DNA from: Ramazzottius varieornatus | Lineage: Eukaryota > Animalia > Tardigrada | Reading direction: 5' to 3' | Length of the DNA: 56,620 bases | Assembly (NCBI GenBank): GCA_001949185.1 | Contig: BDGG01000028.1 | Location: forward strand, 1-56,620 | Shown: in pieces, positions 24,801 through 37,288 of the stretch | How the letters are laid out: every line of letters starts with the position of its first letter | How positions within the stretch are numbered: the stretch's first letter is position 1 | Notes under the pieces: model-generated | What the model was told of the DNA's origin: nothing | Databases searched by the model: none | What the model saw: only the letters and a program-made list of their open reading frames with translations | Program-made: the position numbers and the translations under genes

Positions 24801-27800
24801 GCACTCCAACGCAGTACCCACCCGCATGGGAAAGTCTGAATCTTGCATCGATTTCGAGCTCATCCAGAAGACGCAAGAGTAGATTCGAACCTTAAAACCT
24901 CAAGAAACAGTGGGAGATCCAGATCAGCTAGCTAAATTGAGCCTTCAGTGCAACGGGGAATGCCATAGAGTACTTGCTGGCAGTTGGTGGAGCTCTTATG
25001 GGGCACTCAAGCACGCCTGCTTGTCAGTCTTACTTAATCTAATCCAGATTAGCGAGCGTTTTACTGAGCTCTGCTCCTCTTCATGACCACCACTTGTATG
25101 CAGACTGGTTCTGACAGCACAAAAAAAACCAAAAGTGCAAACTGCTTGTAAATACCTTTATACACGTGTTCGTAGATGTCAAGGAACGGATTCGATTAAT
25201 CGCTACCACCTCTAAAGCACTGAAGTCGAAAATTACCAAATTAATCTTGATCCATGTTGCCTCTACTGAGCCAACATATTTATGTACAGGTACGATGGGA
25301 AATTACGGGTCAGTAAAAACTATGCGACAGGCCTTTTCGCTACGGCGGTCCGGAAGTACGTACGTGCGTACGCGACCGATTGACAGTAATACACTTTTCG
25401 ACACTTTTCTACGGTCGAATTTCTATTTTGCCGTCCTTTCCACCTGTCCCATAATTTCCCATCGTACCTGTGCCATACGCCTTGCTCAGTCGTAAAGCTT
25501 TGCTCCAGAGGATGAGAGGGTCTCTTTTGTCAGCTACAACCCACCCGTCCATTCATCATCTTACGACTTAAGCTCTGTTTCACCAACGATAGACCCCAAG
25601 ACTTTCCAAACGGTGAGCCTCCTGCAGACGATTTCTGCCTAGATTTGGCTTCGAATGTCCAAACGGCTCAAACGGCTATCGAATGGCCGTTCCAGAAAGT
25701 TGAGATCACCTCTTGATCATCCTGCTACCGGGGAAGATCAGCTGATAAGATCTTTGATCCTCGTAAAGTAAGACTCTGTACGCAGTCGTACGCGTAAATC
25801 AGGCCCGAGTACAGGCGTACAACTGTTCCATTCAATTCAATTACAATTTGGAAATTCTTGGGGTCTATCGTTGGTGAAACAGAGCTTACTCCTTAGACGG
25901 ATCTTTCTACTTCCTGATTGCGTGCAACCTGATCCCGGAAACTCGCTGCTCGTCATCAAATTTTGTACACTGCTCACCATTCACAAAACACCTCCGTTAC
26001 TACATATGTATCATGCTAGTGACAATCGAAAGTACACCATGTGATGGTCACATTGTGATCCCTTTACTTAATTTTCAAGGGAAATTACCGATGACCCAAA
26101 AGAAACGTTGAGACCACCCCAAAGACCATCCCGAGAAATGACATTATGGTCACGCATTGGCAGATGAAAGACAAGCAATCAGGATAAACATAACGGCGTG
26201 TGTTGTGGATATGTTGTTTTTTCTGGGTCTCTGGCGACCGCAGACAGCGCAAGTGCTCGTTGTAAGCAGTCAAGCGGAACACTCCGTCGACTTTAATCTT
26301 CCTTGAGTTATACTGCGGGTGTGGAACGCACTTGAGCTTTCCCTTCCAGCCGCACTCGGATATGACTCCCAAAAACGGCAACACAGACGACAGATAAGAT
26401 TGTTTGCCTATAAGCACTACTCGCAGTGCAAAGCAGCTGCAAAAGTCATTCACGGTCACGTGGAAATCGATAACGCCATAACCCGTTAACAAGAAGGATG
26501 GAAAAACAGCTACCGCATCCAGCATATAATGCATAGTCGTTAAGGCGTACATAACGCACATTCGGCAAACTGCTAATTCGACCGGCTTTTGACTGCACAC
26601 GTGAATGAAACTTGACCTTTGTTCCGGCTACTACCATGAGACGACTTTCGGCTAACACTGTTCCGCTAAAGCGTCATACGTACCTCCACAGTGAAAGCCA
26701 TAATACTGCAAAGAAGAAACAGAAACATGGTCAAGTACATATCTTCGTATTTTTTTTCCATAAAAGACAAAAAAGACAAAATTAATGTAAATTTTGGGAG
26801 TCTGTAAAAGCGCGGTTTATCGAGAAGTGTTCTGTGACCAGAAACTTTATATTTCCTTATTAACTTGTCATTCCGAATCAGCTAAAGTGAGAAACCAGGA
26901 CGGACAAGATGGAAGTTCCTTAATGAGACTATTTTATTCTTTCCGTATTATTTAGAAATCAGCCCAGAGGAAATCGCGCCAATCGAGGGAGCACTTTATA
27001 CCTGAGGCTACTGGCGTTGATGGCCATGAAATCCAGAAAGACTTTGAGGGAGCAGCCGACATCGCCGTAAATCCATTCATTGGCGTATAAATGATACGAC
27101 ACGATGGCTTCGGGTATCACCGATATCACAACCAGCAAGTCCGCGAACGCCAAGGACACCTGCAAGTACGGGCAGGCCGTTGGTTTATGGCTAAAGAACG
27201 TACTTCGTCCATCGCTTCCGAAATCAATCCGTTACGTCAACGGTACGTAGAAAGGCATCAGGAGGGAAGTCAAGCCAAAGTTGAGGAAGTCAATCATGAT
27301 GAGCTCAGCACGACTTCTGCCTTCCCAAGTTCCATACGATGTACCTGCGCAGTTAAACCTTGAGCACCACTCGATTTTCGCTTTGAGAATACGAGGTGGA
27401 AAAGTCACTTTCATCTCTTTTTAACTGGTCAAAACTAGAGAGCGGCGCCAAATTGCGCCCATCATAACTTACTCGCTCGCTTAAGTTTGAGAACATGGTG
27501 TAAAGTGCGCCACCTACCAAATCAGAACGGCCAACCTTCATGATTTTATCTTGCCCACTGGGCAGATCTTTTCAGGAGTCTGGAATTTTTCGCAAAATGC
27601 AAAATTTTTTGGTCTCAAGGTACAATTTTTTTGGGGTTTCTGAACCAATCGGCAGCCTGGCTGGAAAACAATTGGCTGGCCACGGCGAAATTTCATCAAG
27701 AACGGAAAAAAATCCAGACAGTTTTGCAGAGCTACTGACCAGTGGCCGTTAGTTGCAATTTGAAGAGAAGTTGATTCTTCAGGCAAACGGGAAAAACAGA

Positions 27801-28452
27801 GCAGCAAAAGCTTAACGGAAATCTCACTTCATAAAAATTAGTGTGCGCCAGAAAACTGATTTTCCCGCCCCGTGCCCAAGGTGTTAAGACTTAATTACAG
27901 TAGTTAAGATTGAATGGACTTTTCATCCATTCAAAACTCGATACCAGCGAATCTGATGGGATACGGGGTATTCGTAGCTCCATGATTTCGAGCTTTAGAG
28001 CCGTCTTCTTGACTTTCAGAAAACGGACAAAAACAGATTTCCCGCCCATCTGAGAAGTCAGAAACGAATCATTTTATCTCAAGTGGCGCACCTTTTCATT
28101 GTTGTCGTGTGGTCGCGTGCGCCACTTGGAAAACCTGTCTGACTGAATCCTGCGCCGATGCCCCATTTGATGATTGAGAACAAGGTGGTGATCGCTTCGA
28201 ACCGAAAAGCTAAGCCCCTTCAGTTAGGTGCTTAACACGTAACAGACCCTTCAATTAGGTACTTACCAGGTAAGTGTAAGTTGGAATGTGCATGTTCTTG
28301 TTACGGCGGACGACCATTACCACTAGGATATTCCCGAAGAGTCCCAGTAGGAAGATAATACTGTGAAGCACCGTAGCCGTGATCCGGTAATCAGGAGCAA
28401 AAACTGGCGGTTCACCTGATGCAGGCGAACTCGTGTTTGTGTAATTATCCAT
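21880..28452 (-). CDS. TRHR: Class A neuropeptide GPCR, TRH-receptor / EFLamide-receptor type (8 coding exons)
   Basis: GNILVVMVV; LAFADLLV; INASSL|SIMAFTVE|RYIAICKPLKAKTLCTQERAKKII; SRIK|VVQMLVVIVVTFAVLWLPYR; FINSSINPILYN|VMSKRFRQAF. All splice phases I checked were consistent. Confidence 0.88.
22347..22467. repeat. TGGCGCA-palindrome family, full ~120-bp unit (core 22383-22431; GPCR intron)
   Basis: Outer arms GGACGTCGGCAAAT...ATTTGCCAACGTCC. Confidence 0.85.
22484..22649. mobile_element. Small TA-flanked MITE (Tc1/mariner-like ends) in the last GPCR intron
   Basis: TA|CAGCAAAGTTGTTGGTGTT ... AACACCGACAACTTTGCTG|TA. Confidence 0.7.
23388..23465. repeat. TGGCGCA-palindrome family (core 23402-23449; GPCR intron)
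   Basis: CAAGTGGCGCA-N26-TGCGCCACTCA. Confidence 0.85.
25287..25470. mobile_element. MITE family CAGGYACGATGG, copy 1 (GPCR intron)
   Basis: TIR CAGGTACGATGGGAAATTA...TAATTTCCCATCGTACCTG, TA on the left flank; homologous in reverse to 48340-48535. Confidence 0.85.
25571..25886. mobile_element. MITE with perfect 31-bp TIRs, TA-flanked (AGCTCTGTTTCA family)
   Basis: TA|AGCTCTGTTTCACCAACGATAGACCCCAAGA ... TCTTGGGGTCTATCGTTGGTGAAACAGAGCT|TA; interior shared with 15445-15562. Confidence 0.9.
28080..28128. repeat. TGGCGCA-palindrome family core (GPCR intron 1)
   Basis: CAAGTGGCGCA-N27-TGCGCCACTTG. Confidence 0.9.
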
Positions 28453-29766
28453 TCGTTACTCATCGCCATTCAAAGTCTCGAAAAACCTGTCCGTAAAACC
28501 AGGCGTGATAATTTGCAAAGTTCAGAGACTGACATTGAATTGTCCATTTCATGGTCATGAATAACAGAAACCCCGAATGCTTGATCGAAACATGACGCTG
28601 GACAGGCAAGACAACAAAATAAACAGATCACTGCGTGGTTCACGGGGAATGAAAAAGCCGAGACTGCCTGTATATACTATCCAACTCTAAGTATAGAGTT
28701 GCGCGATGTGACACGGAGTATTGATAGAGTCAGAAACACAAACATGCAATTGCCGTAAGGAAAGATGGCAGTCCATTGAACAGTAACGACTTCTGTGTAG
28801 TACGAAACATCGTCACGTTACGTCACGACGTACCAAAGGCAGGGAACCCAGCTAAGGAGCCCACTGAGGATGTCAATACGCCCATTTCATGTGCTAGCAA
28901 GCCGTTATCATTAAACGCTCAAACGCAGCTTCATCTGCTGACGTCACTTGATTACTGCCGAAACATGCCATCGACATTGGCACTCTGTTTTCTGACCAAG
29001 CACCACCACACTTGTAGTCCATCAACTAGTACTTCGTATGTATCTACGAGTAGTCGGAAGTCGATACGAAGCAAAAAACACCGTGTATAGTATACACTAT
29101 TAAATGCACGAACGTGCCTGGCTTACCGACAGCCCTAATTCCTTTACGTCAGAGCAGAGTGGAAAAATTGTTTTACATAAAAGCATAATACTTCAAAGTA
29201 ACTTCTAGTGGATGGACTGAGTCGTGCGATCGATGAACGGTAATAAGCTAACGGTTGTCGTGCCACCCTCCTATGGTGCGCCACTTCATGAAATCAACGG
29301 AAACAGCTGACACCGAAGACACCTCTTCGCGCTTGGACAGACGAACTTGCGAAGCATCACAAGTAATTCGAAAATAATAAACAGTTACTTCCGACCACAA
29401 CCGTAAATCTGTCTTTTTGATTGGCGAGTTCAGGTTACCAACTCCAGGAAAGTAGCAAGAGTATTGACTAACCTGTGCATTCGAAATTGCTGGTTACTTG
29501 GGATAGTGTGTCACTTTGCCGCTTCGGTGTACATTTTGAGCCTGGATACTGTTAAACGATGGTAGGTAGGTCTGTAAAAATCACCAGTTGCACCTGCTCG
29601 GAGATCCAGTTTCGGTGGCTCCTCTGTAATTAACGACGCGATTTGACCGTTCCAGAATTTGGGCAAAACAGGCTAGAACATATAAATCCGATCGCCTAAA
29701 AGCAATAGTACACGCAACACAGTTTTTCCAGCCCCGTAAAAGTATCGACTTTTTCGCGGCTCGAGA

Positions 29767-30352
29767 ATGGTTTCTCTGACCTTCTCCATAACTTGCTTGC
29801 TCTTCACTTTCCTCGTCTGTGTCAGTAGCCAACAGTTTCAGTTTAGTCGGTCATGGCATCCCGGTAAGCGGTCCTCGTCAGGCGCGCTGGTCGATCTGTC
29901 GCAGGACGATGTGGACCAGATGACAAGTGCCGACAGCAGTATCACCGTCGATGACCAACCCTACGTCCCGTTTTCCCTGCAAAAGGTCAGTGCTGTTAAT
30001 CGCTCCAAGCCGGCCTTCCGCCCGAGCTGGTGGCCGCCGCGCCGCCTTTCTTTCGCACCTGGCCAGCGTTTCTAGTCTTGCGAGGCAAACGCTTCAGCTT
30101 TTCCGATTATTACGAGCTTAAAACCTAAATAGCAAGAAAGTGTTTCCGCATTTCGTGCTGAAAGAAAGTAGAGGCCTTTAGCGGAAACCGATCTTATTTC
30201 CTTTGCAGCGTCACTTTTTTACCCGACCATGGATGTTTGCCTCATCACCTTTAGCTTCCCTATACGCCGTGCGAGTCCGAATGCCCGGCAAAAGTGAGCG
30301 GTCCGCTGGTTCGTCACTGATTGGTGTACCCCTCGTGGTTGCCGCACCATAA
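29767..30352 (+). CDS. Crz: Corazonin/GnRH-superfamily neuropeptide precursor (predicted pQQFQFSRSWHP-amide)
   Basis: A 21-aa signal peptide is followed directly by QQFQFSRSWHP-G-KR. The 3' end is uncertain: unspliced stop at 30075, or intron 29986-30208 with stop at 30352. Confidence 0.82.
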
Positions 30353-31199
30353 TAACAATATCTCTAAGCTCGCAACAAGATCCCCGCTGGCGGGATGAGA
30401 GCCTTGCCTAATCTTAGCATACGCGCTAATCCACATCAGGAATCCTGGATCAGCAGAGTACTTTCGTGAATTGACTTCCAGAGTACTCCAAAATCCCTGC
30501 CGGAAACCGCAACGATCGAAGCAGAATACTGAGCAGTAAGCAGACGGGCCACCACACCCAAAACACGCAATTACTCCTTTAACCGACCGTCTCTCCGAAA
30601 TGTATCTTTATTCGATCAGAGAGCGATGAACTTTTCGTTGATCATTTCATCTTCTGGATTGACCATACATCTTCGTACTGTATTTAATCTGAAAGACTCT
30701 CTCAAACTTGACTATTCCTACCACATCTCTTCACTTTCTGGTCTGGAAGCCTTGATTATCTATTTCAACACGTTTAACCAATTCTCAACGCGAACTTTGT
30801 GAATATCCTTTGGCTGAATGCTGGCTAGAAAATAAAACCTGCCTGTTTGTTCACTATCTCGCACATTTCGTGTTTATGTTCTTTTCGTAGCATATACCGT
30901 GCGCCATAAGGAACCATAAGTACCCATAAACCAATGATAATATCAGAAAGAACACAGAAAAACTTCAGTCAGACAACTTCAGGTTCCCGAGTTACACGCC
31001 ACTGATCCATAAAACCAAAAGTCATTGTCTTAAAGGTAAAAAGAGACAGGCGATCGACAGCCCTCACACCAACAAAAAAACGGCAAACGTCAGACAAGGG
31101 ATTCAGTGGAGCGCATCCAGGACGATTACGATCCATCCAATCAGTGCAATTCTTACCAGATGGAAAATGTGCGTGCAACGTCAGCTTTCAGCGTTGATG

Positions 31200-34100
31200 T
31201 CAGACAATGTTGTAAAACTGGAGAAGCGCTTGAGGCGACACTTGGCGACCTCGGAAGCGACGAAAGACTTCGGCTGCATGGCAACTACCACCCAAACTCA
31301 GGAAAGTATCACGAAACCTGAAGTGCAAAAATTAAATTAAAATTAGCAGAAAAATTTGAACTTAAGAATTAGATTCGAAATTCAAACTGACAAAACATTC
31401 GAAAAATTCGCGAAACATTTTCCTTGTCCTTGAAACGCCCTTGAGCTTATTTTTGGCCATGTGTTGTCAATCACATTCTCATTTACATCTGATATCAAAC
31501 TAACTACTTCGAACAGATGAGCCTTCCTAATGTACTGCTGCTATTCTGTCACAGCTTGTTAAGGTTAGAAGCGTGACTTGGTGGAGCGGAGAGTACGAGA
31601 ATAAAACTTACATTCTTCCCATATGAGCAGCTTCCTTCGTCTTACCGAAACCTGCGTCGTTAAAGGCTGAGTAAACGTCAGCCGCAACCATCTGGAAAAC
31701 ACCAACAACAAACATCAAACATAGTGAAATATAAACATGTAGTTTATTAAACTAAATTTTTTCGAAAAAACAAAACGGACCTCAGACCAAAGAAAAGAGT
31801 AATAAGCAGCCGCATAATGGCCCACAAAGACATGTGAGAAGCCACATGGATGCGCGTCGACTTTCTCCAGTGCGAACGGCATAAAATCCCTCCAAACATC
31901 CTTTGTAATGTCTTGCCAAAAGTCACCCCTACAGGACACAGAACAACCGTTCATCAGTTGGCGTATAGAAAAGCTGCAAAAAAAACTCGACAAGATTATT
32001 TTTCAAGTGGCGCACGTATCCGGAGCTACTGGCCGAAAGCGTGCGCCACTTGAAGAAACATTCTTGTCGAGTTTCCAACTGGCACACGTTTTCAGCCACA
32101 CTGGCTGAAAGCCTGCGCCACGTGGAAAAGCGATGTTATCGAGTGTACTTGCCGAGCGGCAAGTACTCATCATCCTTCAAAGAAACCCCCGAAAGGACTT
32201 ACTTGGTATATAAAGACAGGTCTAATACGCCAAAGTACATTTCGGACAGGAGATCGAGGGAAGACAGGTGCCGTTCGGACTGGTACAGGCGCTGGATCAA
32301 GTCATCGGGTATCTGTTGACCGTTTTCCGCGTGCTTGCTGAGGCTCTTGAGGACTGAAGGATTGTTGAGGAACATTCGGAAAGTCGCCCCGCAGACGTTC
32401 AAGGCATCCCATTCCACGTTGTTCACACCGGACACATCACCGTAGGGCACTGTGGTCAGTAGGTGCTGTAGCGCCGTGCCGAACTGCAAAAAGAGAACCG
32501 AATCGTTCACACGAGTTCCCGTACTACAAACAAAACGCAGCAACAAACTGGTCTGAAGTACCGAAAGGCCCCACACAAAACACAATTCGGATCGCGGAAT
32601 GGCAAAGGATTTCACCCAGATCGTCATCACAAGTGGCGCAAGATGTAATGATAAATAGATGAAAGCTTGCGCCACTTGGGAAATTTCATCGAAAAAATTC
32701 GAGGTTCGATTCCCGAGAATCCCCTTTCTGCGACAGAAAACTGAAAAGAATTACAAAGTAGTGTCTCACCTTCTGAAATAAAGAAGAAACCTCGTCGTAA
32801 GTCAGCATTGAAGGTTTCCCGTTGGTCGGAGGGAGAAAGCTGAAGATGAGAGCTGCGAGTGGAGAAGCGTTGGCGGCTTTGCTTCGGTCTAAAGAGAGAA
32901 ACGAATTTAAAGATTGAACGTAAGGAGGAGAATACTGATTGGAGTGAGTCTTAATACTTTGCGCGAGTTCGCATCTGGCTTGTGAGTCTTTCTCGCCAAT
33001 TCTCGCGTAGGGATCGAGGTAGAAGCCGGAAAGCTCTGCGCCATCTTGGTCAAATATCTTGTAAAACTGCATATCTTCATGCCACACCGGGAACTGCTTT
33101 GAGGTATCTTTCTTGATCGTAACTTGGAAAAGATCTTTGGCCAGCCTGAGCATGCTTTCGAAGACTGTCTCGAAAGGAAAGTACTGCCTTACTTCCTCGT
33201 CGTTTATCCTGTGAAAAACAACACTGAACCACCCCGTGAAAAAAACTGGACTTTGTGGAACTTACCGGAACAAGGCCTCACGTTGCTTCCTCCTCCAATA
33301 CGCCATATCCCACATTTTCAGTTCACCCTGCAGTCCGTTCTCCGAGGCGTAGCTCTGTAAGCTGGACAGTTCCGTCTGACACTTGGCTTTACTGGGTATG
33401 GTCATTTCGGACACGGCTGACATAACATCAGCCACCGAACGAGCCATCTTGGTCTCCATCGAGAGCGCAGCGTAGTTCTCATAACCGAATAACTTGGCTT
33501 CCTTCGCCCTGGAAAAGAACCCCCGTGAACACCAACAACATCAGACTGAACAACGAAGAAGCATTCATGGCTGGTACCTCAGCTGTCGAATATCTTCGAT
33601 AACCAAGCTGTTGTTGGTCGAAGCGTCTCCGAAGCCGGCTCGACCAACGAAAGCCCGCCAGACATTCCATCGCTGCCTTCTGTCCCGACAGTACTTCATG
33701 AAAGAATGGTAAACTGGGGGCTTTAGCGTGACCACTGGTCCAACTGAATATGTACTTCTGCGAGAAAAAAAAACATGAAAATATCTAGCTCTCAGTTTTG
33801 ACGAAAGCGAACACGACATCCGAGAAAGATTACCTACGAAGTTTTTAGAAGAAGATCTATCACATTTTTTGGCGCTTCATCCATCGAAGTTGGATCCATT
33901 AAAGCAGACGAAAACTTTTCCGACGTCCGAATCAAATTACTCCTGGGAAGGATCAATACAAATTAGTTTCACTTCCTCGTCAGAGTGAATTCGCCCGAGT
34001 AATGTTGACCAGCCATGGTACCTGAATATATCTTTCTTTTCTTCCAAGCTTGCATAGATCGACTGATGCAAGCGTGAGTCCGCCGAATTAAGCTCGGCTC

Positions 34101-35001
34101 CTGCAAGTCGGGCTTCCAGCAGATACCTTGACAGTACTCTCTGCTGAGCTTCCGACAGCTTATGCGCTTGCTCGTTGTTGATTTCTTTGATGGATCGAAG
34201 TACGGTCTGGCTACCATTTGGAAGAGCCCGGCATCTGGCGATTCCTTGTTGACTCTACGGGAGGCACGGACAAACTAAACGAAGCTAGCAACAAGGCTGT
34301 GCGGCACAGCCTGTGTCACATTTAACTAACTACTGTGAGGGCTGTGCACCATTCAAATATGAACAGTGTCAGGGCTGTGCCTGACAGCGAAATTTGATAT
34401 CCATATTTCCTTGTTCCCGATTTTGACCGGAAAGGGTTATTCGAGCACAGGCATCGACAGACCGTACCTGTTGAATGGCGTTATCAAGTTTTGGGGAGGA
34501 CTTAACGAGGCTCAGAATTTTCGCGGTGGTGAACGTGTGGACCAAATCATGATTCAATTGGTCGAGGGGATCAAAAACAGCCTCGAACGTTCTCTGCGTC
34601 TTCATTTCTGCAACAAAGAACACCGAGAGATACTCCGAGATTTTCAGAACAATTACCACAACGCTACGCACTTTGAATGTCTTCTTCGTAGCGATAAAAC
34701 GCCGTTTCGTGGTTGATGGTGGTCTTGCCCAGTCCGTTTAACACATGATCTTCATCGATAGAGTCAAACTGCGGCGGACCGGAAGTCCGCATCAGCGGAT
34801 TGGTTTCTGGCGTATCGGCTGGAACAGGAGGTAGCCTAGAAAACACTCTGTGATTCGCCCGTTAACAGCCGAAGGAGAGAGAGCGACTTACAGAATGTAG
34901 TAGCCGTTGCCGGCGGGTAGCGTCGCGAAGAATGTCCGTCGAGGAGAACGAAGGGGCTTTACTTCCAGCATACGCAAACGCCAACAGTACTGGAAACGCA
35001 T
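31200..35001 (-). CDS. Oligopeptidase A-like (peptidase M3) protein with degenerate zinc site and Arg-rich, presequence-like N-terminus
   Basis: [18 protein letters not shown]; METKMARSV; [12 protein letters not shown]; FYLDPYAR; [11 protein letters not shown]; [20 protein letters not shown]; [12 protein letters not shown]...FRRFRGR; TGA at 31200-31202. Confidence 0.88.
32004..32124. repeat. TGGCGCA-palindrome family, two tandem cores (32004-32052, 32076-32124; M3 gene intron)
   Basis: Two 49-bp cores separated by a 23-nt linker. Confidence 0.9.
32600..32685. repeat. TGGCGCA-palindrome family (core 32630-32678; M3 gene intron)
   Basis: CCAGATCGT...CAAGTGGCGCA-N27-TGCGCCACTTG. Confidence 0.9.
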
Positions 35002-35364
35002 GGTTAAGACCGATAGCTCTAGCAGCAGAACTCAAAGCTGTACTCAGGCAGCAGGAACACTAGAAGTTCAGGAAGATCATTCCCGGAGGAAAACCTGGTG
35101 ACTGATGAAAGAAGGAGAAGCTGACTTTTTCCACTGGCAAAGAGAAACTTCGATGGCGAGGCGTCCGGTGGTTATTCAAATTTCCCTCGTATCTTTGAAC
35201 TGATTGTTAGATATGACCGGCAGCTGGGCACAACAATTTCAGCACGCCCTGCCGTGTTCAGTACCTCCGGTGCAAGAATTTCGATTTTCGACTAACGACA
35301 ATCGACGTTTCTCCTGCGTTTTGTCCGTTTGGCGTTTGTGGTTTCGTATGTTACAGGATTCACC

Positions 35365-37288
35365 ATGCTGAAAGGTGGGTTGAGGTTCGGTACAGAGTGC
35401 AGTAGCAATCATGGTGTGTTCGTTAGCCCCAAGTTGATCTGGAAAGAGCAAGTGCGGACGACGGCTTACAACAAGGGGCATCAGCCTGAACTGAGGTACG
35501 GGGAACAGTACCACAACAAATGGGTGAATGAGAAAGGTAAAAACGCTTGGGCTGCAGTATTACCTGGGGTCGTTCGCATCTCCCGCCAGAGACGAAGCCA
35601 TGCCTGGCCGAAAGATGCCACCATTCCCATAGCGGATACAGCAGCGACGTCCAAAACGGCAGTGACACCTCAATCAAGTGATCCTAATCAACTGAATGAC
35701 ACCCGGGACTTTGCCAAAGTACCCAGCTTTGCCAGGTAAGAAACCACGTGCATGACGTCATGAAGCAGCCGGCCGCTGTGACATACTACACGTAGTTTTG
35801 TTGCTGTTCGTTCCATCTCTAGCGGAAGTCATCAACAACACCTGGTTTCAATCAATCGTACTGTGCTTACTGAATAACTGTAATTTTTTTTCCAGGTTTG
35901 CAGAATTCCGGGAAGCTGATCTGGACTTCAAACCAGCCAAGCTTCACGTGGTATACCGAAATAAGTGCATGTCGGGTCGACCGAAGTACGAAAAAAGCAT
36001 CATGGTGGAACTTCAGCTGGATAAGCCCATGTACCAGATGACCGTCCTGAAGAACACACCGGAAGTCAACTACAAGCTGTGGATGGTCAAACACCTGGTC
36101 AAAGTCCTTCCGCTTACCTTACCTGACGGTGTTCCTTCTCAAGAATATTTCAAAGGTCCGTACAAAAATCTTCCGGAATGCCATTCCATGTCTCATACTG
36201 AAATCTCGAATATTACATAGGGGGTTCAATAACTTTTAAGGCATAGACCACCTGGAAGTGCTGTCCAGAGAACGCTTCTAAGAGACAAACCATCTCTTCT
36301 AACCACCATCCTCGAAACATGAGGTACTTGGCACTCGCACAGGAGGAGAAATTTTTTTAAAAAGATGCGAAAAATTGTTTATCGATTTTTCTCCTAAAGT
36401 CGGGCATTTTGTAATGTTATTCTCACGTGATGGAAATGTTGCGTTTTGAATATTTGGGATAGATGGTTTTCCAGCGATTCGACAAATGGCAACTAGAGTG
36501 TGAGTGAAAGCTGACTTTTATCAGAATAGAAACACGGTGAAGAAAACAGAAAAGTTCTCAAAATCCAGCTGATAATCCGATACGCACCAGACGGATTTAC
36601 CTAGTTTCAGTTGCGCATTTTGCTGTGTATGAATTACAGTTTCTTTTCGCGAGTCTTGATAGCGGTCCGGTTTGAGTTCCTTCTACTCATACTAGGCATT
36701 ATACATCCCTCTTCCATCCAGTGCTGAAGACAAATTCAAAATCACAATGAGGAAGAAACTAAAGATTTATCCACGAAGAGCCTTAAAAGACCTCCCTTCA
36801 TATAAACCTTAGGAGATTCTTTCAACGAATGACATCCCAGCCTAGGTCTGATCTTGCAGTATTGCTCATAAGTTGCTCTAACCTCGTGCACAAAACTGCA
36901 GAGATCGAACGACCACAGAATTTCCGGTCAACGCAGCTTTAAAACTTATTGAACCCCCTATGTATTTTACTGTATTATTGACGTTTTTCTTCTCTCAATA
37001 GGCTTCATCATGAAGCCAAACGGAGAGTTCGTTCAGTCGCGCTTGCAACATGACAACTACACGAGACCGCGGGGTCGACCAGAACTTGAGAAATACGTTC
37101 TCCTTCGCTCCGAGCATGAGGACCTCATGCGTCACAAGTGGATCAACGGTAGTCTGGACGGAAGCCTGTTACCTTCGCACGAGTACAGAAAAGATGGCAC
37201 TGAGAATGGGATCACAACAACCAACTTCAAATACCCAGTCTTGACGCAGAATCTACATCCTTTGCCTGGCCGAGCCACGAGACATTGA
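35365..37288 (+). CDS. MRPL30: Mitochondrial ribosomal protein L30 (uL30m), 3 coding exons, ~305 aa
   Basis: KPAKLHVVYRNKCMSGRPKYEKSIM...KNTPEVNYKLWMVKHLVKVLPLTLPDGVP; exons 35365-35735, 35896-36155, 37002-37288 sum to 918 nt. Confidence 0.88.
36216..36962. mobile_element. Non-autonomous mariner-like element (747 bp) in mRpL30 intron 2
   Basis: TA|CATAGGGGGTTCAATAA ... TTATTGAACCCCCTATG|TA: perfect 17-bp TIR with TA TSD; no transposase ORF inside. Confidence 0.88.

Noticed and set aside
29277-29287. Additional palindrome-family copies here and at 52086-52096
   Set aside because: Only half-sites are present, with no partner box at the expected spacing, so they were not counted.
32004-32124. 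CRISPR array
   Set aside because: Only two units per locus, eukaryotic intronic context and no cas genes; the units are palindromic cores rather than direct repeats with unique spacers.
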